This document shows, one piece after another, positions 13,075 to 25,539 of a stretch of DNA of 64,000 nt (the first letter of the stretch is position 1; each line of letters starts with the position of its first letter). The stretch lies in the NCBI RefSeq assembly GCF_009914755.1, contig NC_060933.1, one strand, 5' to 3'. Origin of the DNA: the human T2T-CHM13v2.0 reference genome, Homo sapiens. The position numbers were made by a program, and so were the translations under genes. The notes beneath the pieces were generated by a model. That model saw nothing but the letters and a program-made list of their open reading frames with translations, made no database searches and was not told the DNA's origin.

Positions 13075-13839
13075 AAAATATTCCACCAAGGTGGAAGCAG
13101 CCATCAACCACCTGATCAATTTGCATCTGCAGCCCTCCAGCACGTACCTTTCTCAGAACTTCTTTTCAACCATAACAATGTGCCTCTGGAAGGCATGGGC
13201 CACTTTATCTGTGAATTGACCAAGGAGAGGTGTGAGGGTTCAGAACAACTCTTGAAGGTGCAAAACCAGCTTGGGGGCCATGCTCTCTTTCAGGATGTTC
13301 AGAAGCAATCTCAAAATGAGTGGGGTAAAACCATGCATGTCTTGGAAGGTGCCATAGCCCTGGAGAAGGACATGAACCAGGACCTTTTGGATCTTCATGC
13401 ACTGGGTTTGGCCACACAGATTTTCATCTCTGTGACTCCCTGGAGAGGCACTTTCTAGCTGAGGAAGTGAAACTCATCAAGAAGATGAGTGGCCAACCTC
13501 CACAGGCTAGTCAGGCCCCAGGCCTGGCTGGGAAGGCATCTCTTGCAAAGGCTCACCTTTAGCATGACTAGGAGCCTACTGAACCTAGGTAGGTCCTAGG
13601 TCTCAAGGTCCTCTCTTAGAGTATCAGGGCTTCTGCTTAAGACTGCCTCCAGCAACTAGGCACCTTTTTAAGCACCTTGGAGCCCTTTCCCAAGCTTTGA
13701 AGCAAATGGAAATAAAGCATTTAGCAGAAAAAAAAAAAAAAAGACTATAGCTTTATGGGGCTTATAGGTCTGGGATTTTACTTGGCAAACTCCTAAAATG
13801 AGTTGAGATTGGAAATATCTGCCTACTTGCCTTTCTTCC

Positions 13840-13970
13840 TCACTGAAATATTAGCTTCTACAGGGCAGGGATTATAAATGTCTTATGATTATTTCATGCT
13901 CAGTGCTTAGTGTAGTATTTGCCATTTGATAAATATTTAATAAATGTTTTTTGACTTATATTGAATAAAA
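13840..13970 (+). mobile_element. L2 3' end
   Basis: agcttctacagggcagggatt...cagtgcttagtgtagtatttgccatttgataaatatttaataaatgtt. Confidence 0.6.
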
Positions 13971-16900
13971 CCTTTTGCCTCATTGCCATTGAAAATCTTG
14001 ATTTTCTAGTCAGTTATCGTTAAATGTTTAGATGATTTTTGGGAGGGTGTTTCCCCCTGTGACTTATTAGGCTTGGTGATATTCCTTTATGAACATTCCC
14101 TCAGCTATTAATAATTTCTCCAATTTCATCTGATCCTAGTAGATGCTTTTTTTTCTTGCCAAAGACTATTTTTTCATTTTACTACTTATGGGAATGCACA
14201 CTTTTACATCGACTATAATTGCTATCTGGACCCTATTTGCTTCTCATCTTGTTAACCTGTTTAGAGACTTTAAAATGTGACTATGTTTACATTTTACTTC
14301 ACAAACAATAGGCTTCATTTTGGTTATCCTCTCTGCAAAATTACTTTGGATGATTGGAATTCTATCACATTGTTCTCCCCTAATTACTTATAGTGAATTT
14401 TGTACCTATAATTGCGTAGTTACTTAATTTAACAGACAAATGTTAGTGAACTGTTCTGGACTCCTTAAGAATAATTTGTTCCTAATTAAAAAGAATGGAT
14501 CTTGAGCAAAAAAAGGAAAGAGAGAAAACTGCCTTTTATTTAGCCCTCTACTATATTTCAGATTGTGTGTATTTTTTTCTCAATTTAACCTAGTCTAAAA
14601 ATAATACTTGTAATTCCTGCGTCTTCAATGCAGAAGCTTTTCTCAGATCTCTTATTTCTGTAATGACTCTGAAGTCCCCATTTATAACTCTATCCCGCAG
14701 CATCATACCAATCAAATTTACAGTTAAGAGACTGAATTTCACACAAGTGGCCATGACTTTTAGTCGATTGATTTCACTTTAACACATCCTCTCTTTATTC
14801 ATCTTGAATTGCACCACACAACAGACTTCCGCTCATCTCCTTAATTGAAAAGTTGGGTCGGAATGATTGCTTAATTTCTGTGTCCTGTGAGAACAAAGTG
14901 CTCACTGGTGATTGCAGGACTGTGGTTTCATTAAATTTATGCCTTATGAATTTAACAACATTTGGCTATTTTTGTAATCTCACTAGCAATGTCAGGGACT
15001 GATCGGCCTGGCTGCCTAATGTCAGGAGCCTGAATCAAAATTTGGGCATTCTGAATTGCCATTGACATCAATTCTGCCTTCTTTCCTTAGGAGTTATACA
15101 TCAGTAGTCACAGCCCTTACTCTGTGTAAATAGAAAAAGGTATCAGGCAGTGCTGTTACTGAATACATCTGACTAGAATCATAAGTAATACAGGACTTGC
15201 TGCAATGATTTCATTTTTACAAAGTATATATTTAGTTTCTTTCTCTCCTGATTTATTCATACAAGTATATCACACGCAAATAACTAATTTATGTGTTTTT
15301 AGCAGAGGGAAGGAAAAATTAACCAATAATAAAATATACACAATTGGACAAGCTATGTTAGAACAGAGATTGTAAATATAAAAATCAGATATTCTTACAT
15401 TGCTATACAAATAAATACAAATATTTAAACTAAGCTGTGAAGGAGAAATAATATATTACATGCTATTTTCATAGTTATTTTTATTAAAAAATGAGAGTTA
15501 TTTGATGATGTGTATGTAATGTAGAAATTATACATTAATTGCAAATTAAAATTTAGTGCAAAATGAGGTATCTGGATTAAGAGGTATGGCTGTTACCATT
15601 GAACCATATGGCAATTAGGCTTTGGAAAATTAAGTAATTCAACTAATAAACCTATTTCTAAATTAAGTGTTATTTATTGGGGAAAATATAAAACACCAAA
15701 ATAATACATATCAATAGTATTAAGATTTTTATTACCATAGCATTTGCTACACATGAAAATGAAATTATTTCAAACTTTTGTTTGTCTTACACAGCACGGC
15801 CTCCATGGAGACTCATTTAATTCCCAAAGGAAAAGCAATTATTAATCCTTTCTTCAATCCAATGCATTATAACCTGAGTGACTGAATACCGATTACATGT
15901 TGTCTTTCTTTGTTCAAGCGTCTCCTTTCCTACCCTGGAACAAGAGCTTTCTAAGGGCAAGAACTGGGTTCCATCCAGCAAGAAAATCCCAGGATGTGGC
16001 ATTGTAAACATGGAAAAACACCATGGTTTCTACAGTGAGATAAAGGAAGACACATCAACATACATTACAACTGCAGAGCATTCTTGGTAACATGGAATTG
16101 AAGAAGCTTTGTAACTCTCTGATAACATGTGAACTTCCATACTAACATCTGTAGCTAATAGCTTCAAGGTCTTATAATTTTCTCATATTTGTTTAATCCC
16201 TTTTTTCTACCTCCCATGTCCTTTTGTCACAGTTCTGTCAGTCAGAACACAAGGGAGACCACAACTTTCTTACTTGATTCGTTATTCCAGATGCTGGAAT
16301 GCAGCTTGAGCCAATAAAACATTATGACAGACATCCCTGTTCGAAACCAGCCTATTTGACACACTTAAATATACACTTTCCTCCATCAAGTACTGTTTTG
16401 CTCATTTTGCACTGTTCGAAAATCTCAGTACCTTTCTAGAGGCAAAAGGGAAAAAGATTTTGCAAAAACAAAGCATCTACATAAAGTCATGGATAAAAGA
16501 TTGTGTTCTCCATGTTCCCAGTTGCTTACAGAGAGGTGTCTTGTTCCCACAATAGATCGTGGTGTGTATTACAGTGGGGAGTTTTTGACTTTTCCTTCAT
16601 ATAAATCCTTTCTGCAATGTCGGCATACAAGCCATGTATTTTCCTAACCTGCATGAATTTATTTCACTGACTTTATAATAAACTATGTCTGATTCATTTT
16701 CACACACTGAGAGCTTAATGCCATTCAGGTCAATTGGTGCAGCAATATTTTCTCTCTTTTTTTAACCTTCCATTTTTTGGGGGAGATATTTCAAAAGGGA
16801 ATAAAAATAGATAAGTCTTGCACGCAATATGTTAGCTCTTCAAAAACATTAATGGAGTGGTTTTGATGGTGTATTGTATTGTAGCTGAAATATTTTTCAC

Positions 16901-17019
16901 TTCAGATAATCCAGATTTAATTCTAAGGCATTATTATTTGGCTGACCAACTTGTATCATTTTTTTCATCTTGTCTTCATACTTCCTGGACACTTGTTATA
17001 TAAAATAACTTACAGGTTT

Positions 17020-17260
17020 TTACTTTAAGTGAAATGAGAAGCTATTGCAAAATTTAGAGTAGGGGAGTGGCATGATCTCTTTTAAAAACATCACTTTAGC
17101 TGCTAATTAGAAATGGATTTGGGGAAGCGGAAGTACACATAGAAAATAAAACCTGCATGGAGATTACTCAGGTAGATCAGGTGAACTAGGGTTGAGGGAT
17201 CGGGAGGAAAGAGAAGCAGATCAACTAAAGAGATATTTTGAGTATAGAAGCAAGCCGTTT
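17020..17260 (-). mobile_element. L2 fragment
   Basis: gagaagctattg...gagtaggggagtggcatgatct...aaaaacatcactttagctgct. Confidence 0.6.
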
Positions 17261-17334
17261 TAGATAGACAAATATTCTTTGAGGACAGAATGTTCTTTCA
17301 TCTCTTTTTCCGGCTAAATAACACTTTTTTCCCC

Positions 17335-17580
17335 CAAGTCTACATCTCCAGGAAGCCTTCCTTGTCCTGCCCTTGCTGTATAATGGTCTTCTGAATGATT
17401 CCTTAGTACTGTCTTTATCTAACAAGAGCAAATCTCTAAGCATTACTTTCTTCGTCATTCTCATCAAACATTGAAGTGTTTAGAATCAAGGCCAACATCT
17501 TTCCCTTCTATAACTCTTACACCGAACAAAAATTTTGACCCACACTATATTTATTACGAAGAATGTATTTGATTGCATAA
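17335..17580 (+). mobile_element. L2 3' fragment
   Basis: catctccaggaagccttcctt followed by a degraded L2 3' terminus. Confidence 0.5.
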
Positions 17581-17747
17581 AATAGAACGATTTAATTTTG
17601 ATGGCTTAAATACATACGTTTATATAAAGAGATATAGACATAAGTGTGCATATAAGTTCATTTAGTTGTCCAAAAATGTTAGGATTGGCATATCAGTGAT
17701 TATTGTTCCTTTCCTTCACTATTGCAAGATAGCGTCTCATCACCAAG

Positions 17748-17858
17748 TATCATATGTGTGTGTGTGTATATATATGTATATATGTGTGTATATATAATAT
17801 GCATATATGTATGTATATATGTATATATGTGTATATGTGTGTGTGTGTATATATATAC

Positions 17859-17893
<35 letters not shown>

Positions 17894-17900
17894 TATATAT
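17748..17900. repeat. Compound (TG)/(TA)/(CA) microsatellite
   Basis: Direct reading. Confidence 0.95.
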
Positions 17901-18019
17901 CCATCCACAGCAATAAGAACCTGGAAAAAACTACATCTTGTTCTTATATCTGGAAAAGGAAAACACCTTCAGGAAGCTTTCAACAGACTGACATTTATGT
18001 TGGATTGGCCACAATTGTA

Positions 18020-19184
18020 TGGTCATGAGCTACTTAATGACTGGGGAAATATTCGGAAAGATATATTATTAGGCGATTTCAACATTGTGGGAACATTATA
18101 GAGTACTTCCACAAACTTAAATGGTATAGCCTAGTACGCAGCTACGCTATGTGGTATAGCCTATTGCTCCTAGGCTATAAACCTGTACAGCATGTTACGG
18201 TATTGAATATTATAGGCAGAGTGGTAAATATTTTTGTGTCTAAATATAGAAAAGGTACAGTAAAAATGTGGTGTAAAAGATTACAAAGAGTATGCTTGCA
18301 TAGAACACTTATCATTAGTGGAGCTTGCAGGACTAGAAGTTGCTTTGGGTGAGTCAATGAGTGGTGAGTGAATATGAATCATTAGGAAATTATTGTATAC
18401 CACTGTAGATTTTATAAACACTGTACACTTAGGCTACACCAAATTTATAAAAATAATTTTTCTTTCTTCAATAATTAACAATGTAAATTTTTTACTTTAT
18501 AAATTTTATTTTTTTTAACTTTTTGACTCTTGTAGTACCTCTCAGCATAAAATACAAACATATTGGACAGTTACACAATTTTTTTCTTCATATTATTATT
18601 CTATAAGCTTTGTTCTGTTTTTTTTTTATTTTTAAAACTTTTTTTGTTAAAAACCAAGACATAAACACACACATTAGCCTAGGCCTACACAGGCTTAGGA
18701 TCATCAATATCACTATCTTCCATCTTTACATCTTGTCACTGGAAAGTCTTAAAGGGCAATAATACACATGGAACTTCATCTCCTATGATAACAATATCTT
18801 CTTCTGGAATACCTCTTGAAGGCACCTGAGGCTGTTTTACAGATAACTTTTTTAATAAATAGAAGGATTACACTGTAAAGTAACAATGAAAAGTAAAGTA
18901 TAGTAAATATTTAAAGCAATAACAGTCATTTATTATCATTGTAAGTATCATAAACTGTACATAATTGTGTGTACTATACTGTATTCGACTGTCAGTGCAG
19001 TGGGTTTTTTACACCAGTCTCACCACAAACATGTGAATAATGTGTTATATTATGAAGTTATAAAGTTTGACAGCGATGGCTTCACTAAGGGATACAAATT
19101 TTTCATCTCCATTTTAATCTTATGGGACCAACATCTTATATGCGATCCTTTGTTGAGTGAAATGTCATTGTGTAGTAATGACTG
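18020..19184 (+). mobile_element. Tigger3b (TcMar-Tigger) non-autonomous DNA transposon
   Basis: Degenerate terminal inverted repeats (tggtcatgagctacttaatgac ... gtcattgtgtagtaatgactg), TA target duplication on both sides, diagnostic ggtatagcctattgctcctaggcta. Confidence 0.9.
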
Positions 19185-19324
19185 TATAACATTTCTATCT
19201 TCTTCATATTCTCTTATGGAGAGGATAAGAGAATAAAGCATTCAAAAATTTTAATAGCTAAGTGAGACTATCACAATTGCTTCATCATATACTCAAAAAC
19301 ATATTTTAATAAATTATATATATA

Positions 19325-21003
19325 TACAAATCACTGCTCAAAGAAATCTGAGATGACACAAACAAAAAATACCATGCTCATGGATAAGAAGAATCAATAT
19401 TGTGAAAATGGCTATATTGTCCAAAGCAATTTATAGATTCAATGCTATTCCCATTAAACTATCATTGACATTATTCACAGAATTAAAAACAAACTACTTT
19501 AACATTCATATGGAACCAAAAATGAGCCTGAATAGCCAAGGCAATCCTAAGCAAAAAGAACAAAGCTGGAGGCATCACACTACCCAGCTTCAAACTATAC
19601 CATCAGGCTACAGTAACCAACACAGCATGGTACTGGTACAAAAACAGACATATAGACCAATGGAACAGAAAAGAGAACCAGAAACAGGGCCACACACCTA
19701 CAACCATCTAATCTTCAACAAACCCGACAAAAACAAGCTATGGGGAAAGGATTCCCTATTTAATAAATTGTGCTGGGAGAACTGTCTAGACATATGCAGA
19801 AAACTGAAACTGGAACCCCTTCCTTATACCATATACAAAAATCAACTCAAGATGGATTAAATACTTAAATGTAAAACCCCAAACTATAAAAACCCTAGAA
19901 GAAAACCTAGGCAATACCATTCAGGACATAGGCACAGGCAAAGATTCATGACAAAGATGCCAAAAGCAATTGCAACAAAAGCAAAAATTTACAAATTAGA
20001 TCTAATTAAACTGAAGAGCTTCTGCACAGCAAAGGAAAGCATCAACAAAGTAAACAGACAGCTTACAGAATGGGAAAAATTGTTGTGGTATATCCATCTG
20101 ACAAAGGTCTAATATCCAGCATCTATAAGGAACCTAAATTTATAAGAGAAAACTAACGACTCCATTTAAAAGTAAGCAAAGGACATGAACGGACAATTCT
20201 CAAAAGAAGACATATATGTGGCCATAAAACATGAGAAAAAGCTCAATATCACTGATCATTAGAGAAATGCAAATCAAAACCACAATAAGCTGCCATCTCA
20301 CACCAGTCAGAACGTTTAGAAAGTCAAAAAACAGGAGATGCTGGTAAGGTTGTGGAGAAAAAGGCACACTTTTACACTGTGGGTGAGAATGAAAATTAGT
20401 TCAACCATAGTGAAAGACAGTGTGGCAATTTCTTAAAGAACTAGAGGCAGAAATATCACTTGACCCAGCAATCCCATTACTGGGTATATATCCAAAGAAT
20501 ACAAATTATTCTATTATAAAGACACATGTATGCGTATGGTCACTGCAGCACTATTCACAATAGCAAAGACATGGCATCAACCTAAATGCCCACCAAAGAT
20601 ACACTGGATAAAGAAAATGTGGTACATATACATCATGGAATACTATGCAACCATATAAAAGGAACAAAATATTGTCCTTTGCAGGAACATGGATGTAGGT
20701 GGAAGCCATTATCCTTAGCAAACTAACCCAGAAACAGAAAACAAAATACAGCATGTTCTCACTTATAAGTGGGAGCTAAATATTGAGAACACATGGACAC
20801 ACGGTGGGAGCAATACACACTGGGGCCTGTCAGAGGGCAGAGTGTGGGAAGAGGGAGAGGATCAAGGACAGATTGCGGATGCTGGGATTAATACCTTGGT
20901 GATGAGATAATCTGTGCAGCAAACGTTTACCTATGTAACAAACCTGCACATCCTCCACATGTACCCCTGTACTTAAAATAAATGTTGGAAATTGAAACAA
21001 AAA
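19325..21003 (+). mobile_element. 5'-truncated L1PA (about L1PA11-12): ORF2 3' part and 3' UTR
   Basis: ORF2 peptide KMAILSKAIYRFNAIPIKL; 3' UTR aacctgcacatcctccacatgtacccc...ttggaaatt. Confidence 0.9.
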
Positions 21004-21115
21004 TAGTAATTTTGCTAAATCCATTTTTCAGGTTTTGATGAAACATGCTTATGATAGCGAATAAAAAAATCATTCATTGCCTTACAAATATCACAAAGAT
21101 ATTCTTCTATATTAT

Positions 21116-22816
21116 CGATGGTAGCAGTGGCCCATCTGGAGCAGCCCCTGTGAAGACCTTGGCTGCAGCGGTGGGGGTGCGGCTGGGGCTGTGCACTCCA
21201 TAAAGCAGATGGGAGCTGGGAACAGGCAGGAGCCCCGCCCCTTTCTGAGTTGGTGCGGCAGGAACCCTGCATTCCCAGATGCAGCTGTAGCTGCCCAGCC
21301 GTGGCTCTGGACCCTGGCATCCCTGCACTCTCAGAGGCCTAGGAAACTGCCCCTGCCCCTGCTAGCTCAGAAGTACCTGCTTCCGCTTTCTGGCCTCTCC
21401 CATTCTCGGCACCCACTCCGATTTCAGAGCAAAGCTGAAGCCAAGCCTGGGTGCTGTCACAACTCGGTTGGGTGTGCACACTCTCAGGGTGAAGCTGACG
21501 TGCCAGCCCCCAGCAACCTCAGGCTGCTCTGAAACTTTGGGCACAGACGAGGTCAGGGAGGGAGTGTAGGGTGGGCGGGCTGAGGGCAGCTTGACACAGG
21601 CCTGCACGTGCCCATCAGCATGAACAGCCTGGGGCCACGGATGACATGTTTTTGGCAGCAGGAGGCAGATGGGCTCCTGGGCAGAAAAGGGCGGGTCCTC
21701 AGGGAAATCCCACCTTCAAGTCCGAGAAGGCCTGAAGCCTGGGGACCAGGCTGCCAGTTCCCTGTGGAGTCCGCAGCCCAGAGTGAGAACCTACGGTGCT
21801 TTTTCCAGGCCGATCTTTGTCTGCCCATGGACCAGTCAGGATGGCACTTTCTCTCTTCTGAGCTCTTATAAACCCCAGACTAAGCCAGACTCAGACAGAC
21901 GTTGGGACTACCAGCTGCGGGCAGGAGCTACCCACTTTGGGTCTTTTCTACTTTTCAGGACAACTCGCCTGCAGAAAGGAGCTACCCACGACAGGTCTCC
22001 ACTCCACTGATAGCTGGACACTCACTGGGACAACCTGCCTGCAGAAGGAGCTACGCACCACGAGTCTCCTCTCCACTGAGAGCTGGACACTCACTGGGGC
22101 AACCTGCCTGGGGAAAGGAGCCCCAGGCTCTTTTCCACTTTTCATCATGGGTCTCTTCTCCACTAAGAACTGGACACTTGTTGGGATGAACTGCCTGCAG
22201 AAAGGAGCTACCAACTTCGTGTCTCCTGAGAGCCATTCTGTCACTCAATGAAACTCCTCTCTGCTTTGCTCACCATCCAGTTGTCCTCATACCTTATTCC
22301 CCCGCGACGTGGGACAAGAACTTGGGACCTGCCAAATGGCGGGACTGAAAGAGCTGCAACACAAACAGGGCTGAAACACGCCCCTCGTTCATCAAGTTGT
22401 AGGCAAGGAGAAGGAAAGAAGAGCTAGAGCCCTTCGGGGATCCCAGACTTAGGGGATCCCCGAGCCAGGGCTGTGACACTCTCTTTGGGGCTCTGTGGTT
22501 CCTGGTGTCTCCAAGCTTCCACGTGACACTGCGGTCCCTAGTGTCTGCAGTAGAAGCTGCTTGTGGTATGCCTGTTCCAGCCATAGCCTCTCATGGAGCC
22601 GGAGCCTGTATGGGCACCTAGAGCTATCCACCCTGCCACAGGCTGGCAGTGTGCAGTGGCCGGACCCAGTGCTTGCTCACACACCCCTGGCTGCTCCGCC
22701 TCTAGCCCACCCTTGACAGCCATGGAATCCAGTCTGGTAGGGGGCTGAAGCAAAATTCCGGCAAAGGCACCACCAGCTGCAAAGTTTTCCGGATGGAAAA
22801 GTGACACCCTGTGACA
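21116..22816 (+). mobile_element. MER52 (MER52A-like) ERV1 solo LTR
   Basis: gatggtagcagtggcccatctggagcagcc start, GC-rich 1.7 kb body, ends ttccggatggaaaagtgacaccctgtgaca. Confidence 0.85.
21900..22232 (+). repeat. About 62-bp tandem repeat (4-5 degenerate units) inside MER52
   Basis: Recurrent ctgcctgcagaaaggagctac...gtctcctctccactgagagctggacactca. Confidence 0.85.
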
Positions 22817-23104
22817 TCTTCTAGAAGCTTTTCAGATGTAGAATTTGTATTTAGGCCTATGTGCTATATTAACTGAATTTTTGCTTGTCATGTAGAGTAT
22901 GGATCATATATATATATATGTATACAGATATATAATTTGTGAAAAAGTTTATATATTGTTGATATTAGATTAATACTGACTTTCTAAAAAATGGGAAGTA
23001 TTTCTTTTCAATATTCTGGAATAGTTTTCTAGAACTGATATGAATTCTTCTTTAAAATGTCATAGAAGTCATCAGTTACCTACCTGGGCCTGTTTTTTCA
23101 ACCA

Positions 23105-23340
23105 TAATCTAATTTATTTTATAAGTATTATACAAGTATATATTTATAAGTATTATACACTTGTATACTTATAATTTATACAAATATAATACTTATATTC
23201 ATATTTATAAGTATACTTTATATGCTTATATATTATATATACTTATATTAAATATAATACTTATATAAGTAAATATAAATAACTTATAAATTTAATGAGT
23301 ATATATGCTTATTATATATTATACATATATACATTATTAG
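23105..23340. repeat. AT-rich low-complexity tract
   Basis: Direct reading (tataagtattatac-like units). Confidence 0.8.
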
Positions 23341-25083
23341 CTATTCTGTTTCCTCTTGAATAGGCTTTGCATTTGTCATTTTTTAAAAAATTGTCCATTT
23401 TATATAATTATGAAATGTATTGACATGAATTTGTTGATAATATTCCATTTTTATCCATTTGATATCAGTAGGATCTCCACTAAAGTTACCTCTTTCATTC
23501 CTCATATTAGAATTGTGTTTCCTCTATCTTAATTTTCCTACTCTGGCTATATAGAATTATCAATTTTTTTTTTCTTGAAAGATAAGACGTATTGTTTCTA
23601 TGATTAACACTATATTTTTCTGTTTTTTATTTTATTGATTTTATATGAACCTTTATTATCTACTTTCTGTTGCTTACATAAAGTTTCATTGACTCTTTTT
23701 TAAAAACAAACAACTCAAATGTTAAATTGGAAGGTCACAAATTTGAGGCCATTCTCTTTTATAATAAAAACATTCAATGCTATACATCTCCTTCAAAGTA
23801 ATGCTTTACCAGTATTCCACAAATTTAGAGAGGTTGCATTTTTATTTTTCTTCAGTTATATATACTTTCTAATAACAATTTTGATTGTCTTTTGGGGTCT
23901 AAAAGAATACTATTTAGTTTCTAAATATTTGCAGATTTTTCCAATTCATTCATTTATAACTATTTCCTTGTTCTAAATTCATTTATAACTATTCCCCTGT
24001 TCTAAAGAACATATTTTCTATAATTTAATTTCACACAAATTTATTCACATTTGCCTTATGGCCCAGAAAAATTTTCATTACATTTTCTATTATACACTTG
24101 AAAACTATCTGTATTCTGTCATTAGGTAGCGTTTTATAAATATCAATGAGAAAAGACTCATTAAATATCGAAAGTTTAGTATTATTCTGTCCTTATTATG
24201 AATTAACACTTCCATTACTATTCATCACTGTCTTTATACCTGGAAATATTTTTTGCTATAAAATCTCTTTTTCTGATATTAATATTATCACTTAAAACTT
24301 ATTTAATTAATATTAGCATAGTACATTTCTTCATCCTTTTACTTTTAACCTATTTGTGTTTTAATATTTCCAGTTGTTTTGTTATTGGGAGAACATAATT
24401 TGGTTTTATTTGGTAATCAATTGGATAAGCTCTGCCTTTTTATTGGTATCTTTGAATTGTGTTCTTTTAGTGTGAATACTGATATGAATATGTTCTCATA
24501 TAATATTGCTGTTCATTTTCTAATTGTTCCATTTGTTTGTTCCTCTCTCCCTTTTTCTCCTTCTTTCAGATTTTTTTATGGTTTACTTGTATATTTTCTG
24601 TTGTCTTAATAGTTATTAATCTTTGTTTTTTTTGTTTCTTTAGGACTTGTATCAAGTATAAATTCAAAAGATATCACATCAAATTTTGTATGGTACAAGA
24701 ATATTATGATGGTATACTTCCATTTCTCCCATGCTAGTCTTTATACTATAGTTGTCCTGCAATTTTCTTCTATATATAGAAGTAATGCATTCGTTCTAGT
24801 TTTGCATTAAAAGAATGACTTGTCTTTTCAAGAGATTTAAATAATGAGAAAAATATCTTCAGTGTTTGCCCACATAGTTCTTATATTGAGAAATTTTCAT
24901 TTCTTGGTATAAACCAAGATTTCTAATTATGATTTTTCTTTTGGCTGAACTATTTCCTTGAATACTTGTAATCTTGGTCTGCTGGTGATGAAATTTTTCC
25001 AGTTGCATGTATCTGAACGTCATTGTTTTACCTTCATTTTTTGAAAGATCTATTTATTGGGTATAGAATTCTAGGTTGGCAGA

Positions 25084-25539
25084 TATAGTAAGTTCAATAG
25101 TGACTCCCGAAATATATTTCCACCCACAACTTCAGAATGTGAATTTATTTGGAATAAGAATCTTTGCAGAGGTAGTTGAGGTAAGGAACTGAAGTAGAGA
25201 TCATCCTGGGTTAGGATGGAAATTAAATCCAATGGCCAGTGTCTTGTAAGCAGCAGAAAAATAGAAGAAACAGAGAAGAAAGTCATGTGAAGGCAGAAGG
25301 CCATGTGAAGACAGAGATTGACTTATGAAAATCCAAGGCGAGGCATGTCAAGTGTCACTGGAAGCTACCTAAATTGGAGAGATATAAAATAATTTTGTTT
25401 CAGAGTTTCAGAAGGAGCCAGTACTGATAATTCTTTGAGTTTGGACTTCTGAATCCCAGAATACTGAGAGAAAAATTTGTGTTATTTTCAGTTGCCATGT
25501 TTGTAGTAGTTTCTTACAGCAGCTTTAGAAAACTAAAAT
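25084..25539 (+). mobile_element. MLT1C/D-like MaLR LTR inserted in L1M
   Basis: cagaatgtgaatttatttggaataag...tttggacttctg...cagaatactgagag; flanks ggcag/ggcaa resemble a TSD. Confidence 0.8.

Larger units (their letters stand above)
12245..13742 (+). pseudogene. FTL: Processed pseudogene of ferritin light chain (FTL), full length, split by an L1
   Basis: FTL 5' UTR with IRE (12245-12444); atgagctcccagattc (MSSQI) at 12453; intronless CDS resumes at about 13079 ([34 protein letters not shown]) and ends catgacTAG at 13571; AATAAA 13711-13716; poly(A) 13728-13742; degenerate 15-bp TSD at 12230-12244 and 13741-13755; frameshifted. The symbol names the parent gene; the FTLP number is unknown. 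Confidence 0.95.
12108..13775 (-). mobile_element. L2 3' end split by the FTL retrocopy (pieces about 12108-12244 and 13741-13775)
   Basis: attcaataaatatttaaaacccactatgtacca...aaaacagaacaaaac on the left continues as ctttatggggcttataggtctggg on the right. Confidence 0.55.

Noticed and set aside
13180-13458. 92-aa ferritin-like ORF as a functional gene
   Set aside because: It is an internal piece of a processed pseudogene with a GTG start, an N-terminus cut off by an L1, and a frameshifted C-terminus.
17700-18101. ORFs rich in C/V/Y/I/H/T
   Set aside because: Translations of a dinucleotide microsatellite.
21900-22232. Repeat array resembling CRISPR
   Set aside because: Degenerate tandem units without unique spacers inside a primate LTR, and no cas genes.
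21015-22807. Dense overlapping ORFs and high GC suggesting a gene or CpG-island promoter
   Set aside because: Explained by the GC-rich MER52 LTR. CpGs are depleted and the peptides resemble no protein I recognise.
21112-22820. TSD for MER52
   Set aside because: The flanks ttat and tctt do not match convincingly.
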